NCBI GenBank assembly: GCA_035439485.1
Contig: DAORKI010000001.1
Coordinates: 1,287 to 65,286 of the forward strand
Direction: 5' to 3'
Length of the DNA: 64,000 nucleotides
Source of the DNA: Bacteroidia bacterium
GTDB taxonomy: Bacteria; Bacteroidota; Bacteroidia; UBA4408
Below the pieces are notes generated by a model, which saw only the letters and a program-made list of their open reading frames with translations, had not been told where the DNA came from and made no database searches. Positions 10,509 through 19,236 of this stretch are shown here, piece by piece. Numbering within the stretch: position 1 is the stretch's first letter; every line of letters begins with the position of its first letter. The translations under genes and the position numbers were made by a program.

Positions 10509-10798
10509 TTGTGTAATAAATAATGCGTATATTAAATTTCTTTAAAAGATTTTTACGTATAGGGCATTGCATTTAATTAATTTGCTTATCTTTGAAAACA
10601 ATCATTTAAGCAAATCAATATTGATATTAATAGTATAATAATTGTTGTTAGTGATATAAAGTCTAGTTATAGGAATTACAAAAATGTGTTTTGAATTTCA
10701 ATTAGTTTGTATTTGTACATTATTCTTTTTTAGCAAGGCTTAATAGAATTATACTACATCATTAATTAATTGAAATACGATGAATTAATTTTAGGAAT

Positions 10799-12829
10799 AT
10801 GTTTTATTACAAGTTTGATTTAAAGTATTTATATTTTTTTATAACAAGTATATTTTCATTAATACCTAGTCAACAAGTAGCTGCGCAAAAAAGCGAAATC
10901 TCCCTGCCTCATTCAGGGGTTAAAAAAATAGTACACAGTCCAAATTTAAAGCTCATGGCTGTTGCAGATAAACATGAAGTTCATATTATGCTATCAGGCG
11001 GTAATGTAATCAACAACTCCTTTCATGTTGAATTAAAAGAAATTAATGACATTTGCTTTAGTGCTGATGGTGACAAAGTTTTTGTAGTTGGAGCAAAATC
11101 TAAGAAAAATGCTATTTTAGTTTATGAAGTAAAAACAGGAAACAGAGTAAAATCAATCCCTTTAGAACAAAAAAATATTTTGGCTGTTGCTGCATCTCGT
11201 AATGGTCAGCAAGTTGCGGTTTGTTCTTCTGACAAAATGGCGATGGTTTTCACTCTTGATAGTGATAAACTGCTTTATCAATTTAAAAACCATCATGGAG
11301 TTTTTACTGATTTGGCATTCAATAAAAAGGGAACATCACTTTATTGTAGCAGCAGTAGTGGTCATTTTTTTGATGTTAATACCATCGATGGAAGTTTCAC
11401 CAAAGTATTAAATATCGACAAAGAATACATGGGATGTATTGAAACTTCAAATGATGGAAAATATGTGGCATGTGGTTTTGATAATGGTGTTTGTAAGCTA
11501 TTACATCCTGAAAACAATTATGCCAAGTACCATTTAACAGGGACTCAAAAAAAGATAAATTCTTTAACATTTAGTGAAGACGATCGTTATCTTGCATCAT
11601 CTTGCAAATTGCCCATTGTAAACATTTGGAGTTTAGAAGAGATGGCCATCAAACATCAAATAAATGTTGATAAAGCAAAAGGAATGATTTCTTGCGTTAA
11701 ATTTGATCCTGCAGGAAAAGTGTTATTGGCGAGCGATGCTTCAAGCAAAAGGCTTATTCAAATTGATGTTGCCAATTTGGGCATTGTTCCAAAATCAGTA
11801 TTGCAAAGCAGTTTTGATAAAAATCCACCACAAATTACTGTTACTTCTCCATTGTTGATAAACAACGAAGCTACCATTTTTAATGAAAACTTAGTAATAA
11901 AAGGTGCTGCAATAGACGAAACAGGAATTTATGTATTGAAAGTAAACGGAAATCCAACCAAATATAACGAACAGGGTGAGTTTGTGATTAACCTAAAAGT
12001 AGGTTTAGGCGAAACTAATTTTTTGATTGAAGCCACTGATGTAAACGATTTAACAACAATAAAAAAATTTAAGATTATTAGAAAAACTGCTGAAGATGAA
12101 GTGTTGGATATAGATTATAGTGCAAAAAATTATTTATTGGCAATTGGTATCGACAATTATTCCTTTTGGCCACCTCTAAAAAATGCAGTGAGTGATGCTA
12201 TTACCTTTCAAGAAGTATTAAGAAAAAAATATCATTATTTAGAAGAAAATATTACCATTATAACTAATGAAAAAGCTACAAAACAAAATATCATTGATGC
12301 ATTTAAAGGAATTATTGAAAAGGTTGGCCCTAACGATAAGTTAATTATTTATTTCTCAGGACACGGATATTATGATCAAGTATTAAATGAAGGTTATTGG
12401 ATAACTCAGGATTCTAAAAAAGGGACTGAAGCAGACTATTTACCCAATAGTTTTTTGATTAAAATGTTTAAACAAATAAACGCAAAGCATATCTTCTTAA
12501 TCGCTGATGCCTGCTTTAGTGGTTCCTTATTTATTGATACACAAAGAGGTAATTTATCAAATGCCTCTCAATCTAAATCAAGATGGGGTTTAACCTCAGG
12601 CCGTTTAGAGTTTGTTGATGATGGAACCCAAGGTGAGCACAGTCCATTTGCAAAATATATTATTGAATATTTAAACACCAATATGAAAAGCAAAAGTTCG
12701 GTTACTGATCTTATTACATATGTTAAAGAGAAAGTAACAGCCGAAACAAAGCAAGTGCCTACTGGCAATGCTTTAAATAATGCCGGAGATGAGGGTGGTG
12801 AGTTTATTTTCGAATTATTTGGAAACTAA
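10799..12829 (+). CDS. Secreted WD40 beta-propeller / Ig-like / caspase-like (peptidase C14) protein
   Basis: Signal peptide ends ..QQVAA/QKS. There are about seven WD40-like blades (residues ~40-330), then a beta-sandwich-like linker. The C-terminal C14 domain has the catalytic dyad YFSGHG (His522, nt 12362-12364) and ADACFSG (Cys572, nt 12512-12514). Confidence 0.85.
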   Translation: MFYYKFDLKYLYFFITSIFSLIPSQQVAAQKSEISLPHSGVKKIVHSPNLKLMAVADKHEVHIMLSGGNVINNSFHVELKEINDICFSADGDKVFVVGAKSKKNAILVYEVKTGNRVKSIPLEQKNILAVAASRNGQQVAVCSSDKMAMVFTLDSDKLLYQFKNHHGVFTDLAFNKKGTSLYCSSSSGHFFDVNTIDGSFTKVLNIDKEYMGCIETSNDGKYVACGFDNGVCKLLHPENNYAKYHLTGTQKKINSLTFSEDDRYLASSCKLPIVNIWSLEEMAIKHQINVDKAKGMISCVKFDPAGKVLLASDASSKRLIQIDVANLGIVPKSVLQSSFDKNPPQITVTSPLLINNEATIFNENLVIKGAAIDETGIYVLKVNGNPTKYNEQGEFVINLKVGLGETNFLIEATDVNDLTTIKKFKIIRKTAEDEVLDIDYSAKNYLLAIGIDNYSFWPPLKNAVSDAITFQEVLRKKYHYLEENITIITNEKATKQNIIDAFKGIIEKVGPNDKLIIYFSGHGYYDQVLNEGYWITQDSKKGTEADYLPNSFLIKMFKQINAKHIFLIADACFSGSLFIDTQRGNLSNASQSKSRWGLTSGRLEFVDDGTQGEHSPFAKYIIEYLNTNMKSKSSVTDLITYVKEKVTAETKQVPTGNALNNAGDEGGEFIFELFGN

Positions 12830-12843
12830 AAAAAATATTAGCA

Positions 12844-13665
12844 ATGAAAACACTTATTTTAATTTTTTCAATTGCCTTGCTTAATTTTAATTATGCAATT
12901 AAAGGTGATGACAAGTTCAGTATTATTAAAGTGAACGGAAAGGTTTTGAATGCCAAAAACAAAAAAAAGCTCTCCCCTGGTGACTCCTTAAATCCTAAAG
13001 ATAAATTAGTTTTTGCTGATATGAATGCCTCGTGTTTTATTTACAGTAAAAGCAGTGGTAGATACATGATAAAGGCTGGTGATAAGCTTGAAGTAGATGT
13101 TGAAAATGCTTTAAAACCAGTTGGTTTAAGGTCATCTATTACTACCAGAGGTGCAAGTAATTTAAATGATACTTTACCAATTACTGATTTGTATTATTTT
13201 TTTGGCAAAAACAAATTTATGTTTGTTGATTATGTTACCACACTAAAAATTGATACAAGTATTTTTAATAAAGGAAAAAACAGAATAATGATTGCTAAAT
13301 ATACAGATGACCAAGGTAAATTGCATAATATTGAAATAGGCAAGGCAAATCCAAAACTACGCGTAGATTTAAAAAGCATTTTTAAAGAAATGGATGCAAA
13401 TGGGCAACTTAAAATACAAAAGTTTGAGTTAATTGATTATGACAAATTAACCAAGGATATCAAACATTGTGCATATGTTAATCCAGTGATTGTAAATGAA
13501 AAAGAATTAGCCGAATCGCTTCGATATCTAGTAAATGCTTTGGATGGGGTTGAAAAGAAAAATATATTTTACGATGAGATATATTCATTTGTTTATAATG
13601 AATATGGAGAATTTAACCCAGATGACTTAAAAGTTTTTATGTCGAAAAATAATATTATCAAATAA
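12844..13665 (+). CDS. Secreted protein of unknown function, tandem paralogue A
   Basis: Signal peptide present; starts 14 nt after the caspase gene. About 30% identical by eye to the next ORF along its whole length (KVNG..N...K.KLS.G.S.N..D...F....F..SK..GR..M; LKP...R..ITTR; DL..YFGK..F.F; AKY...GK). Confidence 0.7.
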   Translation: MKTLILIFSIALLNFNYAIKGDDKFSIIKVNGKVLNAKNKKKLSPGDSLNPKDKLVFADMNASCFIYSKSSGRYMIKAGDKLEVDVENALKPVGLRSSITTRGASNLNDTLPITDLYYFFGKNKFMFVDYVTTLKIDTSIFNKGKNRIMIAKYTDDQGKLHNIEIGKANPKLRVDLKSIFKEMDANGQLKIQKFELIDYDKLTKDIKHCAYVNPVIVNEKELAESLRYLVNALDGVEKKNIFYDEIYSFVYNEYGEFNPDDLKVFMSKNNIIK

Positions 13666-13683
13666 CATTAAAATTGAAATGCA

Positions 13684-14514
13684 ATGAAAACAATTAAAAT
13701 TAGTTCAATTTTTTTACTTTTAGTAGTTTTTGCTCAAGCTCAAAATGCATCAAACTACAATGTAGTAAAAGTAAACGGCACCCTTTATAATGCAACTCAA
13801 AAGCAAAAATTATCAACTGGTACATCAGTGAATCAAAATGATGAGGTTGAGTTTGGCTCTTTAACTAATTCTGCCTTTGTAATTAGTAAGGATAATGGAA
13901 GATTTATTATGATTCCTGATAACTCTTTATCAGCTACTGCTGGCACAGTTTTAAAGCCTTTGAGCCGCAGAACTGCAATTACAACCAGAAGCGAATCACA
14001 GGTGAAATTACCTCATAATGATTTATTTAAATACTTTGGAAAAGACAACTTTTTGTTTTTAAATAAAATATCTACGGTTTGGATTGATACCACAAAAATG
14101 AAAATCAATGAAAACAATATGTTGGTTGCAAAATATAAAAACCATGAAGGCAAAGCAATCACCAAAAAATTAATGCTTGAAGGTGATAAATTAGTTATGA
14201 ACCTTGATGAAATTTTTACCGATAAAAACGAAGATGGGAGCAACAAAATGTTTCCTATTGAAATATTTTATTACAATAACCTAACCAAAGAGCTTGCATT
14301 AAAGGCTAGTTTTACACCTATTTTAGCTAACAAAAAGGAAATTGTAAATGAATTTAAAGTTATAGCAGCTACGGTGAATAATTCTGAAAGCAATAATTCC
14401 AATGTTATTTTTGAAGAAATAGAAAGTTTTGTTTTTAATTCATATGGAAATACAAATGAAGATGAATTAAAGCAATTTATTATCTCTAACTTAGAAATTA
14501 GGATGAAGAATTAA
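13684..14514 (+). CDS. Secreted protein of unknown function, tandem paralogue B
   Basis: Signal peptide (..VVFAQA/QN); starts 18 nt after paralogue A. Same conserved blocks as paralogue A. Confidence 0.7.
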   Translation: MKTIKISSIFLLLVVFAQAQNASNYNVVKVNGTLYNATQKQKLSTGTSVNQNDEVEFGSLTNSAFVISKDNGRFIMIPDNSLSATAGTVLKPLSRRTAITTRSESQVKLPHNDLFKYFGKDNFLFLNKISTVWIDTTKMKINENNMLVAKYKNHEGKAITKKLMLEGDKLVMNLDEIFTDKNEDGSNKMFPIEIFYYNNLTKELALKASFTPILANKKEIVNEFKVIAATVNNSESNNSNVIFEEIESFVFNSYGNTNEDELKQFIISNLEIRMKN

Positions 14515-14565
14515 GCACTCAAACTTAGGTTTCTCCTTATTGGGAGAAAAATTTTGAATATTTGC

Positions 14566-14596
14566 AAAAGCGCAGCCTTAAACTGCGCTTTTTCTT
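14566..14596 (+). terminator. Rho-independent terminator after paralogue B
   Basis: AAAAGCGCAG, 7-nt loop, CTGCGCTTTTT. It is preceded by a second hairpin, TTTCTCC-ttattg-GGAGAAA, at 14529-14548. Confidence 0.55.
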
Positions 14597-14692
14597 TTAT
14601 GTTTGTTCAATAAATCTCCAAGAGTGAAATATTAATTCAATTAATTTAAAATAGAACTCATACATTGCAGTTAAATTAAAGAACAAACTAAA

Positions 14693-16594
14693 TTGCAGAA
14701 GTTTAAATTATATATATTTTTTTGTTGTTTAATATGGTCAAGAAATTTTGCATTTGCAACTAAAGAAAGTAGCAAATTCTTAAATAAAGTATACGAATCA
14801 GAACGACTCCTTAATCAACAAATAGATACAGCAAATTCAATTTTAATGCTGGAAGAAAACTTCTCTTATCCAGGCATTGATTTAATTTTTAATAAGTTAA
14901 TAAGTCAGGCTGAAATCAATAAACATGACTTAGGATTAGCAAAAGTGAATTTAAATTATGGTGTTTATTTGTATGCTAAAGGACAGTACGAAAAGTCAAT
15001 TAATTCCTTACTAAACGCCTTAAAAATTTATGAGAAATTAGAATTAACTGCGGAGCAAGCTGATGTAAATAATCAACTTACGCGAGTATACATTAGCCTA
15101 AGTGAAGTACAACCAAACGAAAACACAACTGTAGAAAGTAAAATTCCAGGTATGTTTTTAAAAAGCAATGAACTTGATAGGGCCGAATCATATTGTAGAA
15201 AGGCTCTTAATTACAATAAAATAAACAATAGACTTAGCATGTTAGCCTCTAATTACAATAACTTAGGGGTAATTAAGCAAAAAAAAATGGAGCTCGATTC
15301 AGCTGAATTTTTTTTCAGAGAAGCTTTTAAATATTATGAAAAGTTAGGAGATGTTTTCAATAAAGCCAATATTTTAAACAATTTGGGAATAGTATTTGAA
15401 TTTCAGGGCATGTTCGATCAAGAGTTAAAATCATATCAAGATGCATTAATGTTATTCGAAGAAATATTCGATACTGCTGGAATAGCCATAAGTAATGGAA
15501 ATATTGCCAGTGTTTACTACTCAAACGGTGAGTGTAAGGAGGGACTCAAATTTGCGCAAAAAGGTTATGATTTGGCAGTTCACACACAAAAATTACCTAT
15601 TAAAAAGGATATGTTGTACACGCTATTTGTTTTGTACGATTGCCTTGGCGATTGTGATAAGAAATCATTTTACTTTAATAGATATATTGAAGTAAAAGAT
15701 TCAATTTTTAATATTGAATCTAAGAAAATTTTAGAAGATGTGAATGCTCAATATGAAACAGAGAAAAAGGAAAATCAAATATTATTATTAAGCAAAAGTA
15801 AAGAGTTAGATGAAACCATTAAAAAAGCATTAACAGCAGGCATCGGACTAACAGTAATATTAGTTATGGTAGTTTTTAGAAGTTACCGACAAAAACAAAG
15901 AGCTAATGTATTATTAACCACACAAAATGAAATTATTGAATCTGAAAGAAAAAAATCGGATGCCTTACTATTAAATATTTTACCTGTTGAAACCGCCCAA
16001 GAATTAAAAGAAAAGGGCTTTGCTGAAGCGCGAACATTTGAATCTGTAACAGTAATGTTTACCGATTTCAAGGACTTTACTAAAGTGGCCGAATCATTAG
16101 ATGCTACTAGCCTGGTTAAAGAAATAGATCATGTATTTAAAAAATTTGACGAAATCATAACTTTTTATAGTATTGAAAAAATTAAAACTATTGGTGATGC
16201 TTATATGGCTGCTGCAGGTTTACCAATTGAAAACAACACGCACGCCATTGATATGGTAAAGGCTGCAATGGAAATTTTAGAGAGTATCGAAGAAATAAAG
16301 AATGAAAGAAAAAGTAAAGGCTTGCCTTATTTTGAAATTCGAATAGGAATTCATACTGGGCCTGTAGTTGCTGGAATTGTTGGCACCAAAAAATTTGCCT
16401 ATGACATTTGGGGAGATGCCGTAAATGTGGCTAGTAGAATGGAAAGCAGCGGAGAGGCAGGGAAAATCAATATTTCAGGTAGCACATATAATCAAATAAA
16501 GGATTACTTTATTTGTACTTATCGTGGTAAAGTTACAGCTAAAAACAAAGGCGATATTGATATGTATTTTGTTGAAGGAAGTAAAAGCCAATGA
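14693..16594 (+). CDS. TPR-repeat sensor / single TM / class III adenylate cyclase
   Basis: TTG start with a hydrophobic N-terminus. About 350 aa of TPR-like repeats, then a TM helix (GIGLTVILVMVVF). The cyclase domain has metal-binding Asp residues (VMFTDFKDFT; IGDAYM), the substrate pair Lys498 (IKTIGDAYM) and Asp571 (YDIWGD), and the transition-state motif NVASRMES. Confidence 0.85.
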   Translation: MQKFKLYIFFCCLIWSRNFAFATKESSKFLNKVYESERLLNQQIDTANSILMLEENFSYPGIDLIFNKLISQAEINKHDLGLAKVNLNYGVYLYAKGQYEKSINSLLNALKIYEKLELTAEQADVNNQLTRVYISLSEVQPNENTTVESKIPGMFLKSNELDRAESYCRKALNYNKINNRLSMLASNYNNLGVIKQKKMELDSAEFFFREAFKYYEKLGDVFNKANILNNLGIVFEFQGMFDQELKSYQDALMLFEEIFDTAGIAISNGNIASVYYSNGECKEGLKFAQKGYDLAVHTQKLPIKKDMLYTLFVLYDCLGDCDKKSFYFNRYIEVKDSIFNIESKKILEDVNAQYETEKKENQILLLSKSKELDETIKKALTAGIGLTVILVMVVFRSYRQKQRANVLLTTQNEIIESERKKSDALLLNILPVETAQELKEKGFAEARTFESVTVMFTDFKDFTKVAESLDATSLVKEIDHVFKKFDEIITFYSIEKIKTIGDAYMAAAGLPIENNTHAIDMVKAAMEILESIEEIKNERKSKGLPYFEIRIGIHTGPVVAGIVGTKKFAYDIWGDAVNVASRMESSGEAGKINISGSTYNQIKDYFICTYRGKVTAKNKGDIDMYFVEGSKSQ

Positions 16595-16681
16595 TGCCTT
16601 ATTGACAATTAAATAACCAAAATTAAAATGTAAATTATATATTTGTAACAAAGGTTTAAAATTTTTTATAATATGATTTCG

Positions 16682-18376
16682 ATGAGATTGATTCAAATTT
16701 TTATGTTTATAGCAGCGCTTGGTACCTCTAAGTTGGTGTTTGCTCAAGAAAAAGTTGATCCAACAGAAAGTGCTCCTAAGCAATACGACTCAAAAAATTA
16801 CAAAGCTGCATTAAGAGGTTATACGGAGCTAATTAAAAGCGATAGCAATAATCCCGAATACAACTTGCGCTTGGCTATTTGTATGTTAAAAACCAATGTA
16901 ATTAAAAGTAATGCATATACATATCTTGAAAAATATTTCCAATCGGATATGGCCGAAAATCAATATTATTTCGATTTAGGGCAAGCTTATCATTTTGCCT
17001 TAAAATTTGAAGATGCTATAAACGCTTACAATAAGTTTATTGAACTCAATCCCAAAAAGAAAACTGAAATTGAATTTGCAAAGCTTGGCGTAGAACAGTG
17101 TAATAATGGAAAAGAACTTATCAAAAAGCCTTTAAATGTTTCTTTCGAAAATTTAGGTAAAAAAGTTAATTCAGAATTTGCCGATTACTATCCATTTTTA
17201 CCTACAAATGAATCGTTTGTTGTTTTTACAACCAGACGTCCAGGTAATACAGGTGGTGTAATTGACCCGGATGGATATTATACCTCAGAAATGTACATTT
17301 CTGAATGGAAAAACTCTTCTTGGACAAAATCAAAAGGAGTTAATGCAAAATTAAACACTGAATATGATGAAGAAGTGGTGGGTTTAAGTGCCGATGGAAA
17401 ACAAATGTTGGTGTATATTGACCATGAAGACACTTATGGTGATATTTACATTTCTGAATTTGAAAAAAGTGGTTTTGGCTTAGCCGTTGATTTAGGAAAG
17501 GTAATTAATACAAATAAGGTTGAATCGGCTGCTTCAATTAGCCCTGATGGTAATACACTAGTGTATGCAAGTTTTAGGTCCGATGGAAAGGGAAGTTCAG
17601 ACTTATGGGTTTCAAAAAAATTACCTGATGGTACTTGGGGTAAACCAATAAATTTAGAGGAGTTGAACACTCCTTATGGTGAAGATTTTCCTCGAATTAC
17701 TGCTGACGGAAATTCAATATTATTTGCTTCACAAGGTTTTGGAAGTATGGGTGGTTTTGATGTTTTTAAAGCCGATTGGGACAGCGTTAATCAAAGGTAC
17801 AAAGAGCCAGTAAATATTGGTTATCCAATTAATACGCCTGAAGATAATATGACCATTTGTTTTATGGAAAACGGAAGAAGTGCTTATATTTCGGCAGTTA
17901 GAGAAGATGGTTTGGGAGATTTTGATTTGTATCGTGTGGTTTTTGAAGATGTGCCTCCAAAACTCTCCGTAATTACTGCAAACATAATTGCAAGTGCTGA
18001 TACAGGAAAAGCCGGTATTAATGCCGAAATTATAGTGAATTACTTACCCACAAATAACAAACAAGGTGAATATAAAACGTATAGAAATGGGAAAGTAGCC
18101 ATAGCTCTTGATGCTGGTAGGTATGAGTTAATTGTAAATTGTAATGGCTATAAAAAATATGTAAAGGATATTAATGTGGATAATAGAAAAAAATACACCG
18201 AAATTATTCCAATGACCATTAATTTAGAACCTTTGTTTACACCGCCTCCACCAAAGGCAAAAGATAAAACTAAGAGAGGCAAAACAGATCCCAAAGCCAA
18301 AGATACTAAAGGCACACCAACAAAAGCGGGAGAGGCAAGCCCAAAAAAAGCTAGCCCAGCAACAAAACCAAAATAA
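16682..18376 (+). CDS. Secreted TPR + TolB-like (PD40) beta-propeller + carboxypeptidase-regulatory-like domain protein with Lys/Pro-rich tail
   Basis: Signal peptide MRLIQIFMFIAALGTSKLVFA/QE. N-terminal TPR region. PD40-type repeats (SADGKQMLVY, SISPDGNTLVYAS, RITADGNSILFAS). The last 45 aa are TPPPPKAKDKTKRGKTDPKAKDTKGTPTKAGEASPKKASPATKPK. Confidence 0.75.
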   Translation: MRLIQIFMFIAALGTSKLVFAQEKVDPTESAPKQYDSKNYKAALRGYTELIKSDSNNPEYNLRLAICMLKTNVIKSNAYTYLEKYFQSDMAENQYYFDLGQAYHFALKFEDAINAYNKFIELNPKKKTEIEFAKLGVEQCNNGKELIKKPLNVSFENLGKKVNSEFADYYPFLPTNESFVVFTTRRPGNTGGVIDPDGYYTSEMYISEWKNSSWTKSKGVNAKLNTEYDEEVVGLSADGKQMLVYIDHEDTYGDIYISEFEKSGFGLAVDLGKVINTNKVESAASISPDGNTLVYASFRSDGKGSSDLWVSKKLPDGTWGKPINLEELNTPYGEDFPRITADGNSILFASQGFGSMGGFDVFKADWDSVNQRYKEPVNIGYPINTPEDNMTICFMENGRSAYISAVREDGLGDFDLYRVVFEDVPPKLSVITANIIASADTGKAGINAEIIVNYLPTNNKQGEYKTYRNGKVAIALDAGRYELIVNCNGYKKYVKDINVDNRKKYTEIIPMTINLEPLFTPPPPKAKDKTKRGKTDPKAKDTKGTPTKAGEASPKKASPATKPK

Positions 18377-18403
18377 CTTATATTGTTTGAATAACACTTT
18401 TTA

Positions 18404-19210
18404 ATGCAACTAAAACTCACCAAACCCATAGCATTTTTTGATTTAGAAACAACAGGTGTAAATGTAGCCTCAGATAGAATTGTTGAAATTTGTATAATCA
18501 AGGTAATGCCCGATGGCAGTAAAGAAAAATACGAACAAAGGGTAAACCCAGAAATGCCTATTCCATTAGCTTCTTCCTTAGTCCATGGTATTTATGACAA
18601 GGATATTGAAGAAATGCCAACTTTCAAAAAATTAGCGAAAACAATTGCAAACTTTATAGGGAATAGTGATTTAGCTGGTTACAATTCGAATAAATTTGAC
18701 ATTCCTGTTTTAGTAGAGGAATTTCTGAGGGCTGAGGTTGACTTTGACTTGGAAAATAGAAGAACTGTTGATGTGCAAAATATTTTTCATCAAATGGAAC
18801 AAAGAACCTTAAAGGCGGCTTACAGGTTTTATTGCAATAAAGAAATTATTAATGCGCATTCAGCGGAAGCAGATGTTACTGCTACCTATGAAGTTTTATT
18901 AGCGCAACTTGAAAAATATAAGGATGCTGAGTTTGAAGATAAGAATGGTGTAAAATCAAAACCAGTACAAAATGATGTAAAAGCATTACACGAATTTACA
19001 AATATCAATAAAAACGTTGATTTGGCAGGTCGAATTATTTATAATGATAAAGGAATTGAAGTGTTTAACTTTGGAAAACATGCCGGCAAACCCGTGAGTG
19101 AAGTGTTAAAAAATGAACCTTCTTATTTTGCTTGGATGCTGAATGGCGATTTTCCACTTTACACCAAAAAAGTGCTAACAGCCCTTAAATTGCGTGATTT
19201 TAATAAGTAA
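18404..19210 (+). CDS. DEDDh-type 3'-5' exonuclease (DnaQ/epsilon-like domain protein)
   Basis: Exo I FFDLETTG, Exo II GYNSNKFDIPVL, Exo III HSAEADV. Confidence 0.8.
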   Translation: MQLKLTKPIAFFDLETTGVNVASDRIVEICIIKVMPDGSKEKYEQRVNPEMPIPLASSLVHGIYDKDIEEMPTFKKLAKTIANFIGNSDLAGYNSNKFDIPVLVEEFLRAEVDFDLENRRTVDVQNIFHQMEQRTLKAAYRFYCNKEIINAHSAEADVTATYEVLLAQLEKYKDAEFEDKNGVKSKPVQNDVKALHEFTNINKNVDLAGRIIYNDKGIEVFNFGKHAGKPVSEVLKNEPSYFAWMLNGDFPLYTKKVLTALKLRDFNK

Positions 19211-19236
19211 TATTTTTTGAATTTAATTTTGTTATT

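Noticed and set aside
10684-10743. 19-codon ORF (MCFEFQLVCICTLFFFSKA) in the leader of the caspase gene.
   Set aside because: It is too short, with no recognisable ribosome-binding context and no homology inference possible. It cannot be supported from sequence alone.
14693-16594. Whether the cyclase is a defence-type nucleotide cyclase (Pycsar/CBASS-like).
   Set aside because: The specificity residues are the canonical Lys/Asp adenine pair. The architecture is a periplasmic-sensor membrane cyclase. No TIR, TM-pore, nuclease or SAVED-type effector is adjacent.
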